Of a stretch of DNA of 64,000 nucleotides, positions 16,766 to 33,400 are shown in pieces (positions within the stretch are counted from its first letter, which is position 1; each line of letters begins with the position of its first letter). The stretch lies in the NCBI RefSeq assembly GCF_009914755.1, contig NC_060936.1. One strand, given 5' to 3'. Under the pieces are notes generated by a model. It had not been told where the DNA came from and did no database searches. It was given only the letters and a program-made list of their open reading frames with translations. Origin of the DNA: the human T2T-CHM13v2.0 reference genome, Homo sapiens. The position numbers and the translations under genes are program-made.

Positions 16766-17304
16766 TGCCTTGGCCTCTCCCAGAGCCCCTTAAGTCCTAA
16801 GAAGGCTCAGTCAACACACTGGCACTCGTTTCATCCCACTGGTTGAGAAAGCAAGTCTTAGCAAAGTAATGGGGGAGTCTTACCAAAACTGCAAAGGAAA
16901 AAAATATGATACCATGAAATTAGAAATTCACTGCATTTGAAATGAAAATGACTTATTTCTGTACTTCTATAACTCACAAATTTAGCAGACATCATTTAGA
17001 CATTTTTGTAGTGCAACAGATTTAAATCTGGAATTTCATGGTTTGTAAATCACTATGTGATACTAGCTATAACCATGAGCAATATTACGGGCAGTAAATG
17101 TTGATTTCTATTTCGTTTCTTGAAGTTTTGTGTGGTTCATTTTTAAAGTGAGATTCAATTTCCTTAGCTATAGTCAAATGTACCCTTTAAACAGCCCAAG
17201 AATTGTTATAAATGACAGCTGCTATCAGTTTTCAAATTTTACAATATTAGGGTTGTTAACTATTTCATTCTGAATTAAGCTAACATTTGTTACCAAGCAA
17301 TGCA

Positions 17305-19016
17305 TTTATTTGGAAGGATACCAGTTACCAGTCATCAAAAGCTTTTGTATGTTGAAAATGTAATTTTAATAGTTAATTCTTCATCTTACATAGGAGCACA
17401 ATAAAATACACCACAATCTGAAGAAACTCCAGAATTACGAGAATAAGAGTGAAGAAAATTCAAATGGGCTACAATATCCATTACCTTAAACTGCAAGAGA
17501 CAAGGTTGCAACCCGAAGGTTAACATTTATGTATTTATGACTGGCTACATTTATGACTTAAAAATAACAAGAATCAGGAATTAGATATGGAGAGAGGTGG
17601 GAAAGAACAGTTTTGTGAGGGGAGGAATTCGTCAATAAAGAAGAAAAATTACTGAATTCCAAATTAAAGAATAAAACGAGCTCCCACAGCAAATACTGGA
17701 GGGATGAAAGCAAGAATCATTAACTGAGGACTTGATACTCTCAAAGGGATAAACCTTTCTGATGACACACAAGCTAGATAGTTGAGATCTGCTCATCAGG
17801 TTTATAAGGAAGACTCACAAATGCCTCAGCAAATCCCAAATGATCAGATCAGTGTTTCTTAACACACATGAAAGGTTACAGATGAAATTTTCAGATAAGA
17901 ACCAAGAAAAATGTCATAACCCAAATTTTAGGCAAAAATGTGGCACAACTGTGAAAGTCCTACATGTCAGTCACAACTGCTATCTTTGCTGTGACTTTCC
18001 TGTACAGTAATTTTTAAACATTGTGGCAAGACACCAATGATCATCTAATCAGACAACACAAACACATTTATTTCAAATTCCTAGAAGGTTAAAAAAAGGT
18101 CAGATACTGATGCTTTATGCATGCTCAGGGCCAGTTTATAAATACTCCATTCAGTACTATCTTAACACAAATCTGCATCAGTGAAAAGAAACTGGCAAAA
18201 TCCACCTCTTGCCATTCAATTTGTCAGATGGTGAAGACCAAGAAAGAATGTTCCATCAGTTTCAATTTTAAAATACGATTGTCAAATTGGGAAAATGAAA
18301 TAAACACAGTAAAATAAACTGTACAAAGGCAAAGTAGAATAACAAAAAATATTTTACTAAAACATAAGATTTACAGAAGTTTCCAGACAAGCCATACAAA
18401 ATGGTCACAAGCTTTTTTTGAAGGGGGGAATCTACACTTGACAGCAATGTTATTAGTGAGGGCTGTGATGTTTGTTTAATGTTCCCATTTTGGTTCCAAC
18501 AATCAAGCTTGTCCATCTACAGCGTCTAAATAAAGTTAGACTTGGCTAGAGCATATTCTAAAGACCTGGTTAGCTGCTTTTAACCAATGCAATTAGATCA
18601 CCAAAAAAGGGGGAAAGGAGCCCATAAAATTAAACTACCTCCCCCCTCAAAAATAAAATAAAATAAAATAAAATAAAAACACCCACACCCCTGCAGCTAA
18701 CCTGACAACTACCTTCATTCACAGTGCTTTATACTTAAACCAGGATGGGGGAAATGAATAAAAGCAGGGAGGGGCCACTGCTTTTAAACGTTTCACAACA
18801 ATCCAGATGATACTTCTAGCCTCTGCTCATGCTTTATGACAGTGAATCAGGACAAGACATAGATTTGCTAATGTGCATTTAATCACCAAAGGACTGAAGA
18901 TGTCTGGGCTTTTTTATTCTGTAATGTTTCTAAGACTGTGTCCATTAAATGCAAACAAAGAGGAGGAAGTCTTGGCAGAACAGGAGAAGTGATGCACACT
19001 TGATGATCGTATCAAT
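17305..19016 (-). other. UBE2N: UBE2N 3'UTR with alternative poly(A) signals
   Basis: Repeat-free AU-rich tract after the stop codon; minus-strand AATAAA (tttatt on +) at 18913, 18067 and 17325, and a more distal one at 14684. Confidence 0.75.
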
Positions 19017-19057
19017 TTAAATATTATTCATGGCATATAGCCTAGTCCATGCTCTAG
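19017..19057 (-). CDS. UBE2N: UBE2N exon 4 coding part
   Basis: Minus strand tttctgtctacag|CT AGA GCA TGG...ATT TAA = (A)RAWTRLYAMNNI*; the total CDS is 30+247+141+41 = 459 nt = 152 aa plus stop. Confidence 0.97.
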
Positions 19058-19711
19058 CTGTAGACAGAAACAAACATACGATTATTATTTTACTTAGTTC
19101 AATATGTTACTTTCCAAACTATAAATGGCAAACAACCACTATTAATTATGGAAATGTCATGCTGTAATCTGTTAAATTCACGCCTTTTTCTATAAATTGG
19201 ATCAGGGCTGAAAGATTTTGTAAATGTCCAATTACCAAAACACTACAATAAAATTAAGAAGTTCTAGAAAATTCAAGAGGATGAATCAAGTTGTCCATTT
19301 CTAGATACACAATTCTCCCCACTAATTTTCTTAAAATCTGTAGCAGAAGCTTCTTGACTCCAAATTCCGTAGCCATAAACAGCTGAATACTTTAATCAAA
19401 TGGGTTACAAAAACAGTTCAAGTTTTCCAGTATTCTTTACATATAACTAGATAAATGGTATGCACTCAGTATTTGTTAAACCAGGTGTAGTTACAAGAGA
19501 CTCCAAGATCTTTCAATTACAGGTTGTCTTTATATTTGGGGGGTCCCATAGCAAGCCATTTTGTTAAGACGTATTTACATACTATAAGCAGGATCTCACT
19601 TATTATACTTTTTTCTATTTCTTTTCCTTGCCAAGAGCTTTAGAAAAGTTTAAGTGGTAATACAAATTTGTAAAAGTGGAAGTGGTGTGAAGGAGAATGA
19701 ATATTAGATAC

Positions 19712-19852
19712 CTGTTTCTATGGCTTGGGCTTCGTTGGTCTTCCACTGCTCCGCTACATCATTTGCTAATGGATCATCTGGATTGGGAGCACTTAACAAG
19801 GCCTGGATCGATAGCAGAACTGTGCGGATCTGCAGTGCTGGGGACCACTTAT
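19712..19852 (-). CDS. UBE2N: UBE2N exon 3
   Basis: cttcatag|AT AAG TGG ... ACA G|gtatct; [47 protein letters not shown]. Confidence 0.97.
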
Positions 19853-20030
19853 CTATGAAGGCAACAGGCCCAGTATGATAAAGCATGAAAAAAACAGGCC
19901 CAGAACTGCTTCACTTCCCTCCCACAGACCTCTCTGATCTTTGTATAATGTTTACATTCTAAACATGGAATGCTTAAGAGAAAAAGGAGAAAGCTTAATA
20001 ATAGCATATGCTGATAAAGATAACACTTAC

Positions 20031-20277
20031 CTTTCAAAATATCTAAACATATTCTTCCCAACTTGTCTACATTAGGATGATAAATTTTGGTCATGAAACG
20101 TACTTTAGGGGCTGCCATTGGGTATTCTTCTGGAAGGAATAGTTCAAGTTTAAAAGTCCCTCCCTCAAAGGGGGAATCCTGAGGGCCAGCAATGACCACA
20201 TGAAAATAACGGGCGTTGCTCTCATCTGGTTCGGCTTTGATGCCAGGAACTGGTTCTGCCAGCAAACGCTGGGTTTC
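20031..20277 (-). CDS. UBE2N: UBE2N exon 2 (UBC fold, HPN motif, catalytic Cys87 codon at 20047-20049)
   Basis: ttttctgtcatag|GAA ACC CAG ... AAA G|gtaagt; [25 protein letters not shown]...[19 protein letters not shown]. Confidence 0.98.
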
Positions 20278-20659
20278 CTATGACAGAAAAACAAACACAT
20301 TTGTGAAACAAATGTCATTTTGCTAGACACCAAAAGTAAAATTAGAAAGTTCATCTCTTAGAACTACGCATAATAGAACAGCTCCAATCTCCCAACAGAT
20401 TTAGCTTATAAAATGCAAAATTCAAAAAAATACCATTTAAATAATTACAACCAGCTGAATGAAACTGCAAGCGAATACTAATGATGTTATCATACATTTT
20501 GGCTACAAATGTCTACAAATATGTTAATAAAATTAGCTTAATAAAACTGATTTTTTACTCAAGTAAAATAAAGTAACATTAGGATTACATAAGTAAGGCA
20601 ACTTGCTCTAAACTCAACCAAAACCAAGCTATTTAAAAAGTAAAATTAGCTTTTTTGGT

Positions 20660-20969
20660 GGTTTTTTTTGGCTTGTTTGTTTGTTTTTGAGACAAGATCT
20701 CACTTTGTCACTCACGCTGGAGTGCAGTGGCAAGATCTTGGCTCACTGCAGCCTCGACCTCCCTGGGCCCAGGTGATCCTCCCAACTCGGCCTCCTGAGT
20801 AGCTGGGATTACAGGTGTGCGCCACCACACCTAGCTAATTTTTGTATTTTTAGTAGAGACGGTATCACCCTGTTGGCCAGGCTGGTCTTGAACTCCTGGC
20901 CTCAAGTGATTTGCTCGCCTTGGCTTCCCAAAGTGCTGAGATTACAGGTATGGGCCAACACACTCGGCC
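20660..20969 (-). mobile_element. Alu
   Basis: Reverse Alu consensus. Confidence 0.9.
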
Positions 20970-21430
20970 AAAAATTAGTTTTTAAACCCACTGAAAACCT
21001 CCCCTCTGAAAAATGTAACGGACTAAAGAAAGGAGATAAGAAGAGGCCCAGGTACCTGAACAGGACTAAAGAAATATATTTAACAATGCTGATTACTCTA
21101 AAATTGACAATTAACTTCAGAGGAACCCTTAATACTCCCAACAATCATACCATTAGTTCTCTTTTTCATCATTCTCCCTCTCCCCTAAATAATTGTATTA
21201 TTATTATTTCTCTTCTCTCTTCAAACCTCCAGCATCTCCATCCCCATCCTCACTTGTGGCTGATGTCCTGCTTCCTATTTCATGACAAGTTAGATACTTC
21301 CATCAGTTCCCACTGTAGCATTTGGACATTTCCCTGCATCTGCACCCATACACTCTGGTTTTTCTCCTGTATAGATGAAATGTCACGTACTCTTGGCTAG
21401 GGCCAATCGGTCTTGAGCACTAGATCTTAC

Positions 21431-22015
21431 TGATCTCTGAAATGTTTGTTCTTCGGTACCATAAAGAAATAGCACTTGAACATAAATTTAATTTATTTAG
21501 TAAAGCCATTTTTACTTCCTGCAGAAAGGGTACACTCGCCAGGAGTTTTGCCACAAGAGTATACTGAACAAAGGAGACAGGGTCATTTATAACCTGACGC
21601 GTCCACCCTACTGCTGTGTCCGGTTTCCACTGGCTGGAACGGGATCTCACATTCTGTATTTGTCCTGACTGGCTAGCAACTTAGAACTTTTTAAAAGAGG
21701 TAAAGGTAGAGGGGAACAAAGGAAGGAGGAAGTAACTTGTGGAATGCTGAGAAAGGTAAAAACACTTTTAAATAAGGAAGAGGAACAGGCTATGACCTAA
21801 TGCTTGCTTGGACCAGTATAAGCATGCCAGGGCAAATATTTAGGCTAAATTGTGGGAGCTAAGAACATAAAGTATATTGATTTCTTTATTATGGCTAGCA
21901 AATATTTAAGAATGTTTGCACAGGTCTTCGAATAAATTTTGCTTCTAAGAGAAGTTACTATTTATTCCTAATTAGATGGGGAGGAAAGTCTTTGAAGAGG
22001 AACCTCTACTTTGCT
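21431..22015 (-). mobile_element. ERV1 LTR10-family (HERV-I; LTR10C-like) solo LTR, sense to UBE2N
   Basis: Minus strand begins agtagaggttcctcttcaaagactttcctcccc; TATAAA near 21587-21592 and AATAAA at 21492-21497; homologous to the LTR at 60228-60863. Confidence 0.8.
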
Positions 22016-22857
22016 TGTCTCCAATTTCTCTCCTCCTCTTCTGTCTTGAACATACCCTCCAATCAAGCTGTAGTTATCGCTAACTTGTTTGTTAAGGTCA
22101 CCAATGATTTCCACAAGGTTAAATCAAATGTCCAGTGCTTAATCTTTATCTTACCTAAATGCGACATCTTATCCAGCTGGTCTCCTTCCTCTTTGCAAAG
22201 CTTTATCTAACTTCCTATAAACATTCTCATGGCTCTCTTCCTCCTTGTCTGGCAGCAGCTTCCTTTAGTTTCCTTGTTGGTTTCTTCTATCTCCCAACAT
22301 CGCAACACTGAAATGCACTGGGGCTCTATTCTAGGGCTTCCTCTCTGTTTATACATTTCCACAGTGATCTCATGTAATGCAATGAATTTAAATACTAAAC
22401 ACACTCTATAAGCTGAAGCCTCCCCTAATTCATATCTAGCCCAGACCTCTCCCCTCATCGTGCCTCTTGCCTCTATAACTACCTGCTTGATATACACTCT
22501 TGAATGTCTAATAAGCATCCCAAACTTAACATGACCTCCCTATCCCCAACCTTTGCTCCTCCCATAAAGTCTTCCCCACATCAGTTACTGGCAAACCCAT
22601 CTTTCCAAATGATCCACCTTTTCCTTCATATGCCACACACATCTAGCCTGATTGGCAAATTGGTTTTTTTTATACTTCAAATTCTACTCATGATTGGACT
22701 GTTTCTCACCATTCCACTGCTACACCTCTGATCCAAGCAACCATCAGCTCTGACCTGGCATACTACAACAGCCTCCTAACCTGTTCTTCCTGCTTCTGAC
22801 CTCACTACCTCCCTCGCAGGTCTATTATCCACAGACCCTTTAAAAGTCATAGTCCTG

Positions 22858-23497
<640 letters not shown>

Positions 23498-25427
23498 TCA
23501 CTCCACCTACCTCTCTGACTTATCTTCAGCTGTTCTCTCTCCATCCCCTAACCTTCTCTGTTCCAGACAAAAATTAGCTTCCTTGTAGTTCTTCAACGTG
23601 CCAGGCATCCGCTCACCTCAAGGGCTTTGTACTTCCTCTTCCTCCCCAAGATATCCATATGGCTTGCTCCCTCAGCTCCTAAGATCTTCATGTTTTCTCA
23701 GTGAAGCCATCATAACTGAAATTGCAAACCCCATTCAACCCTACCCTGCACACTCCCTATCCCCACTCCCTGGCTTTATCTCCACAGCACTACTAACAAA
23801 TCTCATTTCTACTTATTTTGTTCAGAATTTAAGCTCCATGAGAGGATGGATTTGAGTCTATTTTATGGACTGCTATATCCTCAGCATTTGGAACACTGCC
23901 TGGCACAATAGATATTCAATTAATATTTACTGAATTCTGAATCTATTTGATGTTATGAAAAGAGGGAAATAAACGATCAGAATTTCATCGTTAACATCAT
24001 TAAGGCAGGGTTATTTTCAAGGCAGGATGTGCACATTATGGAAGGAAAACAAAAGGAGCCACTCAGGTATGGGGAAAAATAGTCTAACTTCTACTTATAT
24101 TTATTTTTAACCAGAAAAATGTTCATATTTAAATAAGCTTTTAGGTATGAAAAACAATAAATGAGAACATTTTATTTACACTGCCTTCACCTAAAAAAAA
24201 ATACATCATAAACTGTTTCATTCCACAAGCTACAGGGCATACGTTAAAAACAACAACAACAAATAACTTCTCTCTCAGCACAGTAATATACTGAAATAGT
24301 CATAAGATGTAAATACAAATCAAATGCTTCCCCAAAATGTGTTAATTAAACCCATGGCCATTTTAGGTAATGTCTCTGGTATTTTAAGACTAGTTTTTTG
24401 TTTTGATCATGGCGATGTAAGAGCAAGTGAGAAACTGACATGTTCTTTAGGTTCAAACTAAAACATTTTTAGAGTATTAAAAAGCTCAAGAGGCAATAAT
24501 GAAGCCTCTGACCTTGGGAAGTCCTTTAACATGTGACCAGAACAAAAGAGGCTGGTCTTCATTTTTTAGGAAAAAAGTTAAGATATTAGGGATGAATAGC
24601 AGGAGTAGAAAAATGAGAAAATAACTGGATGGTAAAATTCCTTGAATTCTGGGCTCTCCTCACCTCCATCCTTTAATTTTACCCCAGGTCTTCATGTTTT
24701 TAGAAAGCCATAAATTGGGTGACTGGAAAAAAAAGAAAGCCAGGGCCCAAGAGTCCCAATCCACCACTCACCAGTTACACAAAGTAGTAGCAGCTCTGTA
24801 TCTACTATAAAAAGCTACAGAAAGGCCTCCAAAAGCGTATCCCAAAATAGCTTCAAAATCACTCTCAATACACAGTGGCAGAGATAGGTATGGCATTTAC
24901 TTTCTCATCTTCAGTTCACCCTCAAAATCAGATATTCTTTGTAAAGAATGTACATATTAAGCACATCATGTGACCTGATCAAGCCTAGATTTAATTGGAA
25001 CACATTCTAAAATAAGCTTTCGTGTGTAGAAAACATTTTGAAATAGTCCTTATAATATATGCTGCTCTCAAGTTCTAATGGACTGACACAAAAACATGCA
25101 TAATTATTTCACTAAACTGTTGGTTTCCCTAACAAACCCACAGCATAAACTGTGGGAGGGGAAAAAAGGAATAAAATCCAAACTAAATGAAACAAGTCTG
25201 AAATGGCAGCATCTGAAAAAGTCTCAACCACAGAAACTGATGTCAACTTTTTTCCTAAAAAGGCAAAAACTGGCTAGGAAATAAAATCTTTCCGGCCACT
25301 ATTCAACACATGACTAACTAAAATACCTTCTGGTTTTACACTATTCTTTGGTGGAAAGACAGAGTACAGTATGATTTCTTTAAGTGAAGAAGTAAAGGGC
25401 TAAAATTCCTACTGTTTCACTTATCTA

Positions 25428-28382
<2,955 letters not shown>

Positions 28383-28583
28383 GTAATGTCAGAACATTTG
28401 ACATCACTAATAACAGAAATGCATGTAACAACAGTTGCTGTTTGCTACACTCACAAGATTGTGTTTGAAAAAAATTTATGGCAATTTCAAAACACATTAA
28501 ATGAACAAAAATTAATTCAAACAAGCTAACTGAATGATGAAGTAAAGAGTTCACTGAGGAACTATTTTAATTTTTACAGTACA

Positions 28584-28602
28584 CACTACCCCCTAGTGGA
28601 CA
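28584..28602 (-). promoter_or_regulatory. Possible CTCF site in UBE2N intron 1
   Basis: Minus strand TGTCCACTAGGGGGTAGTG resembles CCACYAGGGGGCRC with a core C>T mismatch. Confidence 0.3.
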
Positions 28603-30163
28603 TAAGACATCATCTACTTATTTCACCACCTTTCCTTTGCAAATGAAAAAACTGATGCTCTTAAAAGTTACTGTACCCAAGTTTGCTAAGCTTTTTAAAC
28701 TTACATTATATGATCACTCCTTGCTTTGGTAAAACCAAACCAAAGTTAGCACCTACCTAAACACGTCCTTGAAAAAGACCTATAGATTCCAACAGTAAAT
28801 AAAATGAAAATAGCTTAAGAAAACTAATAAAAGCAAACCAAGCAAAGCTAAGACAATTTTGTATTCCCTTTCTGCTTTCACCTCTTGTGCCTATCTTGCT
28901 CCTAACCACTTAGACTCCCCCAGATAAGCTAACTGGGTCCATGAGAATTTCCTGAAAATGCCTATCCTAAAGTCAAATGGAGAATAATGATTCTCAAGAC
29001 ACACCCCTCCCTTGTTCTTTCTTTTCCCTTCTACTCCCACATATTTAAATCTCAAAATTTCTTAGGTGGCAGATTCAGAGAAGGAAAAACGGAAGAAAAA
29101 TCTATTTCTAAGATTCTGCGTACCAAAGACTAAATCTCAGAGTACTTTAGACCAGAGTATTCCTTTTTTGGGAAAAGCTTTATTTATGGGTTGATAGGTA
29201 ACAAATAGGTAAGTACTCTCTATTCCACTTGAAGTAATAATGAACAGATGGGGCCAGATGACTTGGGCTAGAAATCTCTACATCCTAATTTTTTCCCTCA
29301 AACCTAGACCAGATCAATATTTCTGTGAAGCTCAGTGAAAAGGAATGGAGACTTGGGAGCTGGAGGGACTTCTGAAAGTCAAAGTATATATAATCTGAGA
29401 TACATCAGAATGTATCTCAGGTCTGAATTAGTCTAAAAGTTTCTCCCTTGTACTTCCAGTTTCCTGTTCATTACCACCTCTCCACTTACTGTAACTACGC
29501 ACAATAACTGCTGGTTTACTTCTCAGACCCTAAACTATTTGAAGAGAGGAACCCCAGCTAGTAAATGGTGGTAAATTCTAAATAAATGCTTGCTTGGTGA
29601 ACGAACATCTGCAATGCTTAGGTACCACCCAGAGCTGATGAGGAATACTGTATCTGCTGTGTTCATTGGTAAATTCCATCTCAGGAACAGCATTTAAGAT
29701 TATTCCAATCACTGACAATGACAATGGACAAAAATCAGAATAATCCTACTAACAAATTGTCCCACCAAGAAGAAAAACTGTTAAGCTGAATTCCTTTATT
29801 TCTTGTCTATCTTGCCTCCCCAATTCTTCTGCCCACTAAACACATCAGGTTGTATTATAGTCTGTGTATATTTTCCTCCCCACCAGTCTGTAAGCCCCAT
29901 AAAAGCAGGGACCACATGCAATTATCAAGCACTGTCCCAGATATACAGAGAATCAATAAAAGAAAATCTCGGGTAACAGTTAAGAACAAACTATGCCAAA
30001 TACTGACTTAAGTGCTACATATGTATTAGCTCATTTAATCCTCATACTCATTTTACAACTGAGAAACAAAGAGTAATCGACCAAAGCTAGTGAATGACAG
30101 AGTGAAGATTCAAATCCAAGCTGCTGGGCTCTATTCAGTCTGGTTTCAGGATGTGTTTCTTAA

Positions 30164-30437
<274 letters not shown>

Positions 30438-33400
30438 ATGTTTCCTAATCTTGATGGTATACAATAAAGACAATTAACTACATAAGCAGTAAATGTCTAA
30501 TGTTTGGCAGGGACAGTAAACAGCACGGGAGTTAAAAGGGCTATTTTCAACCCTTCATAATCGTGAAGTGGTGCTTCATGAAAAAGGTAAATTTAAGCCA
30601 TAATGTCATAAATTTTTTTTTCTTTTTGAACTGGTAACCAGAAAAGTATAGTCTTATTAAGATAAAAATAGGAAAAAAACTGATTTGATTGAAAAATTGG
30701 TATATACTATTTTGACTTGGAATTATCAGATGGTAAACCATTTTGCCTATCTTTGATAGTGCATGAGATCAACATGCTCTAAAATGTTTCGTGACTTTGA
30801 AATATAAATTTACTTACAAATGTTTACTCATTGCTATTTTGTTCATGGCATTGTGGTATTAAATAACTGGAAGGAAGAGTAAAACTTCTTGGCATCCAGC
30901 AGTTTATTTCATTGTGAGTAGTCAAGGTCTTAAGGTACAGGAGGTGTGAGTTAGGATACTATTAATATATGAAGAGCAGAACCAGATTACAGGGCTATTA
31001 TGTTCTTGTTTATTTCTAAAGACATTTTTAAAGTTTTCTGGAAAGATTAAAAACCTCGTCTCCATCTTTTTTCCCTCTTTGTTTTTTCAAAGATTTCCAA
31101 ATATTGGCATCACAGCTAAAGATGGTGTCAACTATTCCTTCATAAAACACTCATGAAGTTCTTGGTGGTAAAAATGTCCTTTGAATATTCAGCACTATAA
31201 TTAGTAGACTCGTGGCAGTCAAGCATCTCCATTTTCTATGGTTCCTGATTTGATGAATGACATAACACTTCATTGCCTGAACTTTTCTTAGCACCAGCTC
31301 AAAAAATAAAAATAAGACTTTAGTGATTTAAATAATGTAGCTGTCTATCTTAATGAACTCTGTTATCTCAGGAATGATTTGACAGAGATGTCTCAGAATG
31401 CTGAATGAAAAGAAAGGACCTAGCTTAGTAACACAGTTCATTGGGACTGCTGTGTGCCATGGTCCTCGAGGCACTATTAACAAACCTATTGCATATTTTA
31501 GGTTCTGGGAGTGGGTATATAACTTAGTAGGTGAGGTAGGAAATGTTCTTCTGTATTCATCTTGAATTAAAATTAGGGAAATTTTTTAAAAGCCTGTTTT
31601 ATGTGGTGAACACTAAAATAATAAGATTTATTAGCAAAAACCAGTGAACTTGGTTTTTTTCTTTGATCCAGCTTTTATGTAAAAAATGATGTAGATTGTG
31701 GGTTTTTTCTTTCATAAAATTTTACTTGTTTTTTTCAAGTTGGTAATTCATTTCAGGCCCTTATGTGTAATTTTAGTCATTTGTCTATGTTAACTATTAA
31801 ACAATGTTAAAAATTCCCCCACTCATTCATATGTTCCTTTAGCTCCCACTCTTTAGTATAATGTTGGAGCTGGGAGATAAGAAAATTGTAAAAATTTTAA
31901 GTAACTTGTAGAAAAAGAAAAACTTACCCGTGGTCACACAAAAGGACTGCCTGGAAGCATTTAGGGCAAAATGAGGTTGGTAGTATGCATCCAGCACTTC
32001 TTGCGCATCACAAGCAAAGAAATAACCCATTCTGGAGAGAACTGCAGTAGTTACCACTAAGACAGCAGCAGAGTTCTAGTGGTAGCATTCTGCGCTTGAC
32101 ATCAATAATCACACCGCACACACTGTAGAATGTGTTGCACACAGTGTGAGCACTGAAATCATCGTGATGTGATTCTGAAGTTTGTTCCTGGCTCCCTCTT
32201 TTCTTTGGCCCTCCTGAAGAATGTGTGAGGTAACTAATAACTCTTAATATCATTTCTGCTTAAACTAGCCAAAGCTGGCTTCTGTTGGTTGCTAAAATGA
32301 AGTCTAAACTCAATAGGAAAGGAAGTGAAGAAAAGGTTAAGAGTTAGCAGACCAAGGCAGGAGGGGGTTGGGGGCTGGTAAATACGTTAAGAAGCTAAAT
32401 AACTCTTTGGGATTAAATGAAGTCAAAAGAGGAGAGCATACAAGTCAACCAATCTCTTTATCAAAGAACTTCTACTTAAAACCTTTTAGAGGAGGAGCTA
32501 ATTTCACATTAGACAGTTAAATTCAACTAAGCAGCCTGGTGTACCTAGCGTGGGGAGGGGGAAGAGGCTCAAGAGTTAGCACATCTGAATTTAATTCCAA
32601 TTTTAATTGTACCAATGTGATATGTGACCACAGACAAATCATTTACCTCTCCAGCCTTCTAAAATGTCCCTTGAACATTTAAAAGGTTCTCTATAGCACC
32701 AAAATTGTCTGAATACTTTATTATTATTAGAATGAGTTGAATCTTATTGCTATATGCTTCTTTCTACTGGAAGGTCCCCTTTTGTAATAACATTCTTTAG
32801 GCCTATAATTACTGTTTTAGTCTTCCCTGCTGAAGGAGAAGGATATTATGAACTGTCATCCTGGTATTTATGCCAACGTTCAATATCTAAATAAAGAGAA
32901 AATTTGTTGCTAAGGGCACCTGCTTTTTTCCCAAGTTTTTTTCACTTGCTCATTAAAGAAATACATAAAATTAATCTAAATAAAATTAGCCATTCTCCTA
33001 ATAACCAAAATCCAATTAACATTCTAGAATGTTTTTTGTTGTTGTTGTTCTGATAAAGACAAAAGCCCTTAAAAACAGTTTAATATGTTTACATTTTTTC
33101 ACTCCTGTGTCACTGCAGCCACTTTCCTCAAGGCTAGTTGATTTACAGACAAATCAATATTCTTTAAAAACCATACGGCATAAACAGGTACTTTTCCTGG
33201 CCTACAAGCTAGTGACTATACTAGTATAGCTACCATGTATTTACTTACTCGACCCTTTTTCTTCAGGTTACTTCTGGTTTCAAATGCAGCAATCACAACA
33301 AAATTTAATGCCTGAGGACTCCATAATAGGTAAGGCAAGACAAGAACAGATGGAAGCAGAGCAGTTGAACTTTTCAGCGAAGCAAACAAAAAAACAAGTT

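Noticed and set aside
19704-19886. ATG in UBE2N intron 2 in frame with exon 3
   Set aside because: No promoter or transcript start evidence; the ORF is simply exon 3 extended into its flanks.
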